Of a stretch of 64,000 bases of DNA, positions 1 to 11,666 are shown piece by piece. A program made the translations under genes and the position numbers. Below the pieces are notes generated by a model. The model saw only the letters and a program-made list of their open reading frames with translations. It searched no databases and was not told the origin of the DNA. This stretch comes from Paramoeba atlantica (lineage: Eukaryota > Protista > Discosea), in NCBI GenBank assembly GCA_977017575.1, contig CDRNVI010000139.1, forward strand, positions 255,689-319,688, written 5' to 3'. How positions within the stretch are numbered: the stretch's first letter is position 1; every line of letters starts with the position of its first letter.

Positions 1-596
1 AACGAAAAAAAACTTGATTGTTGGGATAAAGAAATCAAATTTGAAGAAAGAAGAACATCAATCGTTTCTGGAATCAAATAATTCATTGTAAGTGTCTCAA
101 TGCTTTCACATTCGTTCATTTCTCTACAAACTGGACATTTCACTCCTTTCAAAAAAGAAGAGGAAGAGGAAGAAGAAGAGGGAGAAGAAGAAGAAGAAGA
201 AGAAGAAGGCTTTTGAAGAAGAAAGAGTTTGTTGAGGCAAAGAGAACAAAAAGAAAGACCACAACAAGGTAACAACCTTGGTTCTTTTTCCCAATTCATC
301 AACTCCAAACAGGTTCCACATTCAAATCTTTTCTTTTTCTCTTCTTCTTTCTTTCTCCTTCTGTTCATCACCTCTTCTTCTTCTTCTCTTTCTCTTCCTT
401 GTTGTTCTCTCTTTCCAAGAACATCCTTACTTCTTCTTTCTCTCTGTTTTATTTCATCATCTTCTTCAATCACAACAACATCAGCATCGTCACAATCTGT
501 TGTTTGTTCTTCTTTCTCTTTCTTTCCTCTTTCTATTTTTCTCTTTTTCTCAGTTTCCAATTCTCCTCTCTTTCTCTTTCCACTATTTTCACTCAT
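1..596 (-). CDS. TRIM-NHL copy 0, exon 1 only (charged N-terminus + RING); gene continues off the window edge
   Basis: Manual translation from ATG at 596 gives MSENSGKRKR...FECGTCLELMNWEKEPR, the family RING exon. GT donor at 13-12 in the same phase 1 as in the other copies. Confidence 0.85.
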   Translation of the reverse strand, partial: MSENSGKRKRGELETEKKRKIERGKKEKEEQTTDCDDADVVVIEEDDEIKQRERRSKDVLGKREQQGREREEEEEVMNRRRKKEEEKKKRFECGTCLELMNWEKEPRLLPCCGLSFCSLCLNKLFLLQKPSSSSSSSSPSSSSSSSSFLKGVKCPVCREMNECESIETLTMNYLIPETIDVLLSSNLISLSQQSSFFS

Positions 597-1121
597 TTTT
601 GTCTCTCTGTGTGAGAAAAGAGAGAATCAACAACAGAAAAAGGAAAGAAGAAAAAGACAAAAGAACAAACAAAATACCTCCAAAACCAAGAGAGAGTAAG
701 AAGGGGATCTGATGTCAGAAAAAACAAAAAACAAGAGAGAGGGGAAGATATCTGTGAAAGAAAAAGAAGAAATGTGAGGAAGGGGAAATTGCGCAACAAA
801 ATTGTACAAGAAAAAAAATATGGAAGAAAATGAAAATGAAAATGAAAATTGTTTGAGAATTTTTGTTTAAAACCAAACCAAACTATCCGAGAAAACCAAA
901 ACGAATTTTCTCTGAGAAGGGAAAGATGCCAAAGAGCCACAAATATTAAGTGCCGAAGAGAGAAGAGTGAGAGAGAGAGAGAGGAGCCCAAAACAATATC
1001 TCTGTAAAAGAGAAACAAAAGAACGAAAACAATCAAACGAAGACACAACTGAAGAGGTCCAAACGAAAACGCTTGAGGAAAGAGAAACAGAAAAACAGAA
1101 AAAAAGAGAAAAAAAAAGGGA

Positions 1122-1212
1122 GGGTACGAAAAGAGGATTCAAAACTTTTTAAACCTCTGAAAAAAATATCACCAAAAACACACCAAAAACTTTTTCTTTT
1201 TCGTTTTTCCCC
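1122..1212 (+). promoter_or_regulatory. Conserved ~90-bp element in head-to-head spacer (1 of 7)
   Basis: GGGTACGAAAAGAGGATTCAAAACTTTTTAAACCTCTGAAAAAAATATCAC...CTTTTTCGTTTTTCCC recurs almost unchanged in seven divergent spacers. A regulatory role is inferred. Confidence 0.6.
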
Positions 1213-3992
1213 TCCTCTCTTCTCTCTTCTCTCTCTTCTCTCTCTTCTCTCTCTTCTCTTTCTTTTCTCTCTTCTCTCTTCTCTTCTCTCTTTCTTGTCG
1301 TTGTTGTTGTTGGTGGTTTCATTTTGGAACAGCTTTTTTTGAGAGTTTTTTTTTAGATTTTGGAATCCTCTTTGGCTTCGTTTTGTTTCATTTAGAGACA
1401 ATTTGTTTTTGGAACTCTCTCTCTCTTTCATTGAGACCCTTCTTTTCGTTTTCGTTTGGGTCTCTTTGACAAATTGTTTTTGGACTTCTTCTCTCATTTT
1501 TTCGCTCTTTTTTTCTTCTTTGGTGTTTCTTTCATATTTTGGAGCTTCTTTGAGGGTTTTATTTTGTTTGGATTTTTCACTTTCTTCTTCTTTGCCAAAG
1601 AATCCTTTCGTGACTTTTTGAGAGATGTTTGTTTTTTTTTTATTTTCTTTTTTCTCTTCTTTTTATTCCATTTTTGAAAAAAAAAATTGTCAGAAACCTC
1701 TCGATCTCTCTCTCTCTCTCTCTCTTTGGAGGACATTCTTTAAGAATTGGTTTCTCTCCGTTGTTCCTCTTTTTATTTGTCTTTTGTTTTGGCAAGAGCA
1801 GTCTCTTTGTGGGGTGATTCTTCTTTGTCATTTTCATTTTCAATCTCTCCATTTTCTTTAAAATTGTTCCCTTTTCACATTTTCTTTCCATTTTGTTTGT
1901 TGATTAATCTTTTTTCCCACACAGAGAGACAAAATGAGTGAAAAAAGAGGAAAGAGAAAGAGAGGAGGAGAACAAGGAACAGAATTAGAAAGTGAGAAAA
2001 AGAGAAAAACCAAAAGAGGAAAGAAAGAGAAAGAAGATCAAAGAACAGATTGTGGTGATGATGATGTTGTTGTGATTGAAGACGCTAGTGATGATGAAAA
2101 AGAACAAAGAGAAAGAAGAAGTGAAGATGTTCTTGGAAAGAAAGAACAACAAGTGGGACAAAATGAGGAGAAAGAGAAAGAGCAGAAGAAGTAGTGATGA
2201 AAAGGAGAAGAAAGGAAGAAGAAGAGAAAAAGAAAAGATTTGAATGTGGAATATGTTTGGAATTGATGAATTGGGAAAAAGAACCAAGGTTGTTACCTTG
2301 TTGTGGTCTTTCTTTTTGTTCTCTTTGTCTCAACAAACTCTTTCTTCTTCAAGATCCTTCTTATTCTTCTTCCTCTTCTTTCTCATCTCCCTCTCCCTCT
2401 TCTTCTTCCTCTTCTTCCGATTCTTTGAAAGGAGTGAAATGTCCAGTTTGTAGAGAAATGAACGAATGTGAAAGTGTTGAGACACTTTCGATGAATTATT
2501 TGATTCCAGAAACGATTGATGTTCTTCTTTCTTCAAAGTTAATCTCTTTCTTCAATCAATCAGGTTTTCTCTCCACTTTTTGAGCTCTCACTTTCTTTCC
2601 TCTTCCTCTCTTTTTTTCTTTTTTTTTGAGAGAAAATGATTTCAAAGTTGAAAAACTTTTATTTTTTAATAAACAAAACAACAGGAGATGAATCAGAATG
2701 TGTGAATTTCGAAACATGTGGAGAACAAACTCGAATGTTTTGTTCTGATTGTAAAGTATTCATTTGTGATTCTTGTGATCCATCTCACACTTCTTCTGTT
2801 TTCACTCGAAATCACAAACGATGTGAAAGAGATGGTGTTGAGAGAGGTGGAAGAAGAAGATTGGAAGAGGAGGGAGGGGTGGTGGTGGGAGTGGGATTGG
2901 AGAATTTGGAGAAGAGAGAATGTTCAAAACACCCATCTGAAACAATCAGTGGATATTGTTTTCAATGTTCTTCTTTTGATTGTCTTCGTTGTGTTCTTGG
3001 AACACATGATGATCACAGAAAGAAAGTGAAATCAATTGAAGAAAGTACTTTGGAGAAGAGGAATGAAGTTGTAAAGATTGGAGATAAATTGGAGAAAAGA
3101 TTGGTTTTGATTGAGAGGAAAAGAAAAAGGATTGAAAAAGAAATGAAAGAATTAGAAAAGAAATTAGAAAAGAAAAGAATTGAAAAGAAAGAAATAGAAT
3201 TAGAGAAAGAAGATTTGAGAATAAGAAAAGATTCAATTATTCGTTTATCCAACACACCAACAACAACAACAACAACAACAACTGATTGTGATGTTTCTCT
3301 CTTTTTTGATGATCAACTTTTTTCGACTCTTCTTCAAACTGCAAATGATATTGTTTCTGAAGGAGGTGTTGTTGGATTACTGAAACCAAAGAAAGGAGTG
3401 ATTTGTTGTGATGGTGGTGGTGATTCTTTTCGTTTTGTTTCTTCTTTTCCTTTGAAGAATGGACCTTTTGGAGTGAGTGTGAACAGTGATGGGAATATTT
3501 TTATTTGTGAAGATGGGGTTGGTGGATTGAAAGTGAGAGATAAAGAAGGAAATGAGATGATTGAATCAACAATTCAGAAAACAATTGATTCACTTCATTT
3601 GAAACCTGTTGATGTTTCAATTGGATTGGATGATCAAATTGTTGTTCTTGATTATTCTCAAGATTGTTGTCGAGTTGTGATATTAAACAAAGAAGGAGAA
3701 TTAATCAAATCTTTTGGATCAAGAGGTTCTGAAGATGGTCAGTTTAATGAACCATATGGTGTGGATGTGGATGAAGAAGGTAGAATTATTGTTTGTGATA
3801 CTTTGAATAATCGAATTGAAGTGTTTGATAATGATGGATCTTTTCTTCATTCTTTTGGTTCAAAAGGTTCTTCTGAAGGTCAATTTAATCGACCTTCTAG
3901 TGTTGGAGTTGATAGAGATGGGAATATTGTTATTTCTGATTCTTGGAATCATCGGATTCAAGTGATGGATATTGAAGGGAATTTTATTCGAT

Positions 3993-6491
3993 CGGGTTCC
4001 TTCCAGGGGGGCCTAATTAGTCTTTTTGGGCCTAATTAGGCTCCTGTTTGTTGGCCAAAATAAAGCTCATTTTTGAACTTTTTTTTTTTTTTTTACTTTC
4101 TTTTGCGTTTCTTTGAGGTTTTTTCTTGATTTTCATCACAATGCCTTTCTCAGAAAGTCTGAATGAAAAAAGTTACAGTGGTGAGAAAAATGAGTTCTGG
4201 ATCAACTTCCCCAAGAATTGAAGAATTGAAGGAGGGTACTATTTGGTTCTGCAAAGCTGTGAACCTTCGCCCTTCTCATCTTCTAAGGAAACATTTTGGT
4301 GACCAATATCAAGGAGCATCTCTCTCTTCACTCAGGGTGAAAAGGGTGGAACTTCAGAACTATGACAGGAAATCTCAGATGGTAGTTTTGCTTCGTTCTC
4401 CTGTCTTCCAGAATGATTACCTTCTGGCTCTCCCTGAAAATTTAAAGTTTGTCGGAGAAGTGGATGTCTCAGAGGGTTGTGGGACTTCAACTCATCCATC
4501 TTCATCTTCATCATCCTCTTCTGGCTCAGAAGGATCAAGTTCTGGTTCATCCCAGGCATCAACAACCTCTGTGCCTGTTTTGGGCTCATCTGATACTGAT
4601 GATGAAGATACTGAATCTTGCTCTGATATTGAGGAGGAAGGGGAAGACAATGCAGCAGAACTCGTTGAAAATGATCTTTCCTTTGTTTCTGAGTGGTCTT
4701 CCTCAACAACTGATGCTCGTGCTGTGATAGGAGCACAAGACCTCAAGGCCTGTACAAGAATTCGCTTTGATGCTGTTCATGTCCCCACTCCCCTAGATAT
4801 TTTTCTCCAAGTTCTGCCTCTAACCTTTCTAAAAACTGATGTGCTGAAAGCAACAAATGAGTTTAACCGTTCTTTGAACTTCACTGAAGCTGAAATGCTT
4901 GATTTTATTGCCTTGCGCCAGATTATGTCTTTCTACCCAGGACATAAAAGAAGGGATTTTTTTCGAATTTCAAAGGATTCAGCTGGATCTTCCTTGCGTG
5001 GTACACTGCCTTATCTTGGGAAATATATCAGTAGAAATCGGTTTGATATGATTGTCTCCTCTCTTAAACTTGCTCCTCTCTCTGCAAAACCCTCTTACAC
5101 AGACCGTATGTGGGAAATTCGACCCCTGATTGCTGCTTTTAATGAAAAGATGAAGACCATCTTTGTTCCAAGTTGGCAAGTCTGTCTGGATGAGTCTATG
5201 GTGGTGTGGTTTTGTAAATGGGCTCCTGGTTGGATGTTTGTTCAGAGGAAACCTCATCCTTTTGGAAATGAATATCATACAATTGGTTGTGGGGAGACTA
5301 GAGTGATATTCTTTCTTGAAATTGTGGAAGGAAAGTCCCATCCTTCTGAAATGGGCCTGCCCAAGTTTCAACCTCCATCTGGTTCTGGAGCGAAAACTGT
5401 TGGTTTAATGCTTAGAATGACTGAGGGAATTTGGGGAACTGGTCGAGTAGTTGCTTTGGATAGTGGTTTTTGTGTGTTGGAAGGTTGTATTCAACTTCTG
5501 GAAAAGGGATTGTATTGTACTTCAGTTGTGAAGAAAAAACGATATTGGCCCAAAGGAATTCCAGGGGAAGAGATTGTTGCACACCTCAAGGAGAAGGAAC
5601 CTGGTTATGTGAAAGTGAAGAAAGGATCTCTGAGAGGTCATAAATTCTATGTGGAGGCTTTCCAAGATGTTCATCACTCTTCTATAATGATTAATACCTG
5701 GGGAACTTCTTTTCCCACTGGTCGCCCATGAAATCGCAAGCTTGAAGGCCAAAGACTCTCCCTGCGATATACTCAGCCTCTTGACTTTTACTATCAAACC
5801 AGGCATTGTGTGGATGATCACAACCAACTGAGGCAAGGTTCTCTCTTCTTGGAGAGTTCCTGGAAGACCAAAAAATGGGTCCACAGGCAGTTTGCTTTCA
5901 TTCTTGTAGTTGTGGAAGTCAATGCCTTCCTCATATTTCAGCACTTTTTCCCTCAAGCCAAAGAGCTCTCCTTTGCAGAATTTCGTTTTGAGGTTGCCCA
6001 AGGTCTACTCTCTCAGAATCATCCCTTGGATGAAGGCTATAACCTGCGAATACCACTCCCAACTCATGTAGAACATCATCTGATGATCAAGCCCAACTTT
6101 GCTGGAGTTTGGTGAAATGGTAATTGGACTGAAGCCAGACAAGAGTACCAGAAGAGTAGATGCAATGGGACAAATTGTACAAAGAAAGTTCGAACCTATT
6201 GCTCCTGTGATCAAACACTCATTTTTTGTTCAGGTTGCTTTGCTGACCATATGAGCAGGCACATGACTGAGGACTAATTAGTCCTTTTGAAAAATGATGA
6301 TTTTTTTTTTTTTGGTGACTCAATTTTTTTTTTCAAAAAACAATATTTGGACAAATATTTCTTGATATTCTTGTTTAAAAGATCTTTATTAAAAAGTTTA
6401 TCAAAAAAAATCTCCCCTCCACCCACCAGTGGCTTCAAAAAAGGAGTCAAAAATAGGGGCCTAATTAGTCTTTTGGCCTGGAAGGAACCCG
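3993..6491 (+). mobile_element. piggyBac-family DNA transposon, copy A (2499 bp)
   Basis: 15-bp TIRs CGGGTTCCTTCCAGG (3993-4007) and CCTGGAAGGAACCCG (6477-6491). 4-bp TSD CGAT (3989-3992, 6492-6495); removing the element plus one CGAT restores ATTCGATGTTTTGG as in the paralogs. Confidence 0.95.
4163..6277 (+). pseudogene. piggyBac-like (DDE_Tnp_1_7-type) transposase, 704 codons with two in-frame TGA stops
   Basis: Motifs CLDESM, RKPHPFGNEYH, ALDSGF and YQTRHCVDDHNQ give the three catalytic Asp regions. C-terminal Cys-rich domain CNGTNC...RTYCSC...CSGCFADH. TGA at 5729 and 6113, where copy B has CGA. Confidence 0.9.
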
Positions 6492-8085
6492 CGATGTTTT
6501 GGAACATTTGGTTCAGGTGATTCTCAATTGAACTCTCCAGAAGGTGTTGATGTGGATGGGGAAGGTAGAATTGTTGTTTGTGATGGAGGAAATGAAAGAG
6601 TGAGTGTGTTTGAGAAAGATGGAACATTTCTTTTTTCATTTGGTACCAAACATCACATGGGGGATCCTGGTGGGGTTGTTATTGATTCATTTGGAACAAT
6701 TATTGTTTCAGATTATGTGAAAAATTCAATTGAATTGTGGAAATCATTTTGAAAAGAGATGGAGGTTTTTTCTTTTCTCTTTTTTTCTCTTTTTTGATTT
6801 TGATTTGTTTTATTTTATTATTTGTATCCTTTTTCCATTATTTTTCTTTTTGTTTCCTTTTTTGTTTGAAGAAAATTAAAAACAAGAAATTAAGATATTT
6901 TTCTCTTCTCTTCTTCTCTTTTCCCTTCCTACCCTTCCTCCCCTTCCTCCCCTCCTCCCTTTTCTCCTTTTTCGTTTCTGTTGTGGTGTGCAGTGGTCTT
7001 CTTCTTCCCCCCCAAAATCATCATCATTCTTCTTCCAATTTTTGATTCGATTTTTGATCCTTCTTCTTCAAAAACACTTTTCTTTGATTTTGTTTCTCCT
7101 CTTCATTTGTGTTTTATTGTTGTTGTGTGTGTTTTGTGTTTTTGTGAAAGTTCTCTCTCTTTCTCTTCCTCTTCTCTTTTTTTTGATTTAAATTATTTTT
7201 CTATTTTTGTTTTCAAATTTTGTTGTGTTGGAAGGAAATGATTCTTTTTTGTTGCCCAGTCTTTTTTTGCCTATTCTTTTTTTTTTTCTTTTTTTTTTGT
7301 TATTGGGGAGTAATTCATATTTTTAATAAACAAAAAAATTGAAAAATAGTATTCCACGAAGGGGTCAAGAATTTGAGAAAATTCCCCCCCCACATCAAAA
7401 ACAAATGAGAGATGAAGAAAGAAAGAAAAAGGGAAAGAAGAGTCATTATTGGTCTGTGGAGTGAGGTTTTTTTTTGACAGGCACTTTTTTTCTTGTTCTC
7501 GTTTTCTTCAATTCCGAGAAGAAATTCCTTTGAGATTTTGTTCCCAAACACCCTCTCTTGCCAAGTTCCAAAAAGAAATGGATTTGAAAGATTTAATGAA
7601 ACATGGAGTTCCAACAAAAAAAATCAAAAGGGGGAAGGAATGTGAAGTGAGGGAGAGGAGGAGAGGAGAGAAAGAAGAGTCATTATTGGTCTGTGGAGGA
7701 AATCGAAAAAAATGGTTTGAAAGAAGAAGAATAAAAACAAAGCGAAAAATTGGGAACAAAAAGAATACCCCAACATTTTGTGCACCAGAAGAGACTAAAA
7801 AGAAAGGAAAAGGGAGGGAACGAAAGAGATAAAAATCGAATCAAAATTGAAGAAGAAGGTGATTGGAAAAGAAGAAGACCACACCACACCAGAACAGAGA
7901 CTAAAACTAAAAAGAAGGGGGAAGGAGGGGAGGAGAGGGGGAAAAGAGAAAAAATTAATTTCTTTTCATTTTCCTCTCAAAACAAGAAAAAAAAGGAAAC
8001 AAAAAATTAAAAATGAAAATCAAAAAAAGAAAAAAAAATAAGAGAAAAGATGAAAAAAAAAATCAAACCCTTTCCTCCATCTCTT

Positions 8086-10340
8086 TCAAAATGATTTCCA
8101 AAATTCAATTGACTTTTTCTTATAATCTGAAACAATTACTGTTCCAAATGAATCAACAACAACCCCTTGAAGATTCTCCACGTGATGTTTACCAAATGAA
8201 AAAAGAAATGTTCCATCTTTCTCAAACACACTCACTCTTTCATTTTCTGAATCACAAACAACATTTCTACCTTCCCCATCCACATCAACACTTGTTAGAT
8301 AATCGAATTGAGAATCACCTGAACCAAATGTTCCAAAACATCGAATAAAATTCCCTTCAATATCCATCACTTGAATTCGATGATTCCCAGAATCACAAAT
8401 AACAATATTCCCATCTCTATCAACTACAACACTCATAGGTTGATCAAATTGACCTTCAGAAGAACCTTCTGAACCAAAAGAACGAAGAAAAGATCCATCA
8501 TTATCAAACACTTCAATTCGATGATTCCAAGTATCACAAACAATAATTCTACCTTCTTCATCCACATCCACACCATATGGTTCATTAAACTGACCATCTT
8601 TAGAACCTTTTGATCCAAAAGATTTGATCAATTCTCCTTCTTTGTTTAATATTACAACTCTATGAGAATCTTGAGAATAATCAAGAACAACAATTTGATC
8701 ATTCAATCCAATTGAAACATCATAAGGTTTCAACTGAAGTGAATCAATTGTTTTCTGAATTGTTGATTCAATCATCTCATTTCCTTCTTTATCTCTCACT
8801 TTCAATCCACCATTCTCTTCACAAATAAAAATATTCCCATCACTGTTCACACTCACTCCCCAAGGCCCATTCTTCAAAGGAAAAGAAGAAACAAAACGAA
8901 AAGAATCACCACCACCATCACAACAAATTACTCCTTTCTTTGGTTTGAGTAATCCAACAATCCCTCCTTCAAAAACAATATCATTTGCAGTTTGAAGAAG
9001 AGTCGAAAAAAGTTGATCATCAAAAAAGAGAGAAACATCACAATCAGTTGTTGTTGTTGTTGTTGTTGTTGGTGTGTTGGATAAACGAATAATTGAATCT
9101 TTTCTGATTCTCAAATCTTCTTTCTCTAATTCTATTTCTTTCTTTTCAATTCTTTTCTTTTCTAATTTCTCTTCTAATTCTTTCATTTCTTTTTCAATTC
9201 TTTTTCTTTTTTCTTCAATCAAAATCAATCTTCTCTCCAATTTATCTCCAATCTTTACAACTTCATTCCTTTTCTCTAAAATACTTTCTTCAATCGATTT
9301 CACTTTCTTATTGTGTTGAACGTGTGTTTCAAGAATACAACGAATACAAACAAAAGAAGAACATTGAAAACAAAATCCACAAATTGTTTCAGATGGGTGT
9401 TTTGAACATTCTCTCTTCTTCAAATTCTCCAATCCCACTCCCACCACCCCACCCTCCTCTTCCAATCTTCTTCTTCTTCCACCTCTCTCAACACCATCTC
9501 TTTTAGATCGTTTGTGATTTCGAGTGAAAATAGAAGAAGAGTGAGAAGAATGATCACAAGAATCACAAATAAAGACTTTACAATCAGAACAATACATTCG
9601 AGTTCGTTCTCCACATGTTTCGAAATTCGCACATTCTGATCCACCATCTCCTGTTGTTTTGTTTTCAAAAAACATGTTTTTTCAATTTTGAAATAACTTT
9701 CTCTCGAAAACAGAAAGAAAGAAAGAAAACCTGGTTGGTGGGAGAAAGAAATCAAATTGGAAGAAAGAAGAACATCAATCGTTTCTGGAATCAAATAATT
9801 CATCGAAAGTGTTTCAATCGCTTCACATTCGTTCATTTCTCTACAAACTGGACATTTCACTCCTTTCAAAGAAGAAATGGGAGAGGGAGAAGGGGAAGAA
9901 GAAGAAGAAGAGGAAGAAGAAGAAGGATCTTGAATCAGAAAGAGTTTGTTGAGACAAAGAGTACAAAAAGAAAGACCACAACAAGGTAACAACCTTGGTT
10001 CTTTTTCCCAACTCATCAATTCCAAACACATTCCACATTCAAATCTTTTCTTTTTCTCTTCTTCTTCCTTTCTTCTTCTTTTCATCACCACTTCTTCTTC
10101 TCTTTCTCTTTCTTCCTCTCCTTCATTTTGTCCCACTTGTTGTTCTCTCTTTCCAAGAACATCCTCATTTCTTCTTTCTCTTTGTTCTTTTTCATCAACA
10201 TTGTCATCTTCAATTACAACAACAACATCTTCTTCTTCTTTCTCTTTCTTTCCTCTTTTGGTTTTTCTCTTTTTCTCACTTTCTAATTCTATTTCTCTTT
10301 CTCCCCCTCCTCTTTTTCTCTTTCCTCTTTTTTCACTCAT
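8086..10340 (-). CDS. TRIM-NHL copy 2 (RING-B1-B2-CC-NHL), ~724 aa
   Basis: Exons 10340-9731 and 9650-8086, joined by an 80-nt phase-1 GT-AG intron. RING CxxC...CC...CxxC...CPVC, B-box motifs CxxH...H-xx-H, and NHL repeats FxxPxGVxVDxxGxIxVxDxxNxRI. Confidence 0.9.
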
Positions 10341-10972
10341 TTTGTCTCTCTTCTCTTCTTCTCTGTGTGTGGGAAAAAGAAATCAATCAATACAACAAAA
10401 AATAAGAAAGGAAAAGGAAAAAGGAAAAAAGAAAAAATCAAACCAAAAAACTATCACACACACACAAAAGAGACTGGTACTACCCCCCCCAAAATAAAAG
10501 GAATAAAAAGAGGAACAATGGAGAGAGAACCAATTCTTAGAGAATGTCCTACAAAGAGAGAGAGAGAAAGAAGAGAGAGAGAAAGAGGTTCTACCAATTT
10601 TTTCAAAAATGGGAAAGAGAAAAAAGAAAGAAAGTAAAAATACAAACATCTCCCAAAAAGTCACGAAAGATTTTCTTCTTTTGCAAAGTGAAGAGAAAAG
10701 AAGAAAAGAGACAAAAACAATATAACCCAAAAAGGCTCCAAAATATGAAATCCCCAAGGAAAGAAAGAGATCTCCAAACAAACGAAAAAAATGAGAGAGG
10801 AGAGATCCAAAAGAGAAGAAGAAAGAGATTCCAAAAGAGAAGAAGAAATTGCAAAGATGGTGACACGAAAATCCCCCAAATGAAAGGAGAGAGAGATAGA
10901 GAGTCCAAAACAAGGTAAAGAGAGCCCAAATGAATGAGAAAAGAGAGAGAAGAGAAGAGAGAGAAGAGGAGA

Positions 10973-11065
10973 GAGGGAAAAACGAAAAAAAGAAAAAGTT
11001 TTTGGTGTGTTTTTGTGATATTTTTTTCAGAGGTTTAAAAAGTTTTGAATCCTCTTTTCGTACCC
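10973..11065 (-). promoter_or_regulatory. Conserved ~90-bp spacer element (2 of 7)
   Basis: Reverse complement of the 1122-1212 motif. Confidence 0.6.
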
Positions 11066-11666
11066 TTCCTTTTTTTTCTCTTTTTTTTCTTCCACAAGTT
11101 CTCTTCTTGTTTTCTTTCTTTCTTTCTTGGTTCTCTATTTCAGTTTTCTTGGACTCTCTTTTTGAATCCAACACAAATTGACCTTTGTCTCTTTTCTTTT
11201 CGTGTTTGTTTTTTATTTCTTTTTTCTTTTCATGATTTTCTTCTCAAGATTCATTTTTATTTATTTTATCTCTCTTTTTTGATTTTTGAATCTCTCTTGA
11301 AAAAAATGAATCATCTCTCTTCTCTCTTTTGTTCCTCTTTCTTTTCAGTGACTCTCGCCGTATTTTTTGTCTTCTCTCTCTCTCTCTCTTTGTTGTGGAA
11401 GAGGTGTGTTCTTGTCGCTTTGAAGGTGAATTGTTTTTGGTTGGGAAAAAAACAGACTATTGTCTTATTTTGTTCTCCTCTCTTTCTTTTCTTTTTCTTT
11501 TCTTCTTTTTTCATTTCTTTAATCTCTTTCTTTTTTCACATATTAAGATCAACAACATTGAGCAATCCTCTTCTTTTCGAAAGAAACACCTTGGAAACTC
11601 TTCTTGAATTGTCGTTGTTGGAAAACTGTGTGTTTTGGTTTTGATTGAAAGAAGAGCAAAAAGAAA

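Larger units (their letters stand above)
1934..6752 (+). pseudogene. TRIM-NHL copy 1, interrupted by a piggyBac-like element and with an N-terminal frameshift
   Basis: ATG 1934; frameshift near 2170-2194; RING ORF 2194-2563; intron 2564-2684; B-box/CC/NHL from 2685 to 3992; the frame resumes after the element at 6496 (CFGTFGSG...) and ends at 6752. Confidence 0.9.

Noticed and set aside
1122-1212. Spacer element as a known snoRNA, snRNA or tRNA
   Set aside because: No convincing C/D box pair, H/ACA layout, Sm site or cloverleaf; kept only as an unassigned conserved element.
229-1941. Many K/R/E-rich or F/L/S-rich ORFs in spacers throughout the window
   Set aside because: They arise from purine/pyrimidine strand-biased low-complexity DNA; there are no domains and frames are not conserved between paralogous spacers.
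4332-6001. Antisense and alternate-frame ORFs within both transposons (e.g. 4979-5371, 5522-6001, 53940-54419)
   Set aside because: Overlap the transposase with no recognisable motifs; shared only because the copies are nearly identical.
5729-6115. TGA readthrough or a recoded genetic code in the transposase
   Set aside because: Copy B has CGA at both sites and host genes use TGA as a normal stop, so these are nonsense mutations.
9074-9319. Recurrent ~80-aa antisense ORF MLDKRIIESFLILKSSFSNSISFF... in most copies
   Set aside because: It is the shadow of the invariant coiled-coil exon: the GAA/AAA-rich sense codons give no antisense stops. Its conservation is fully explained by the sense gene.
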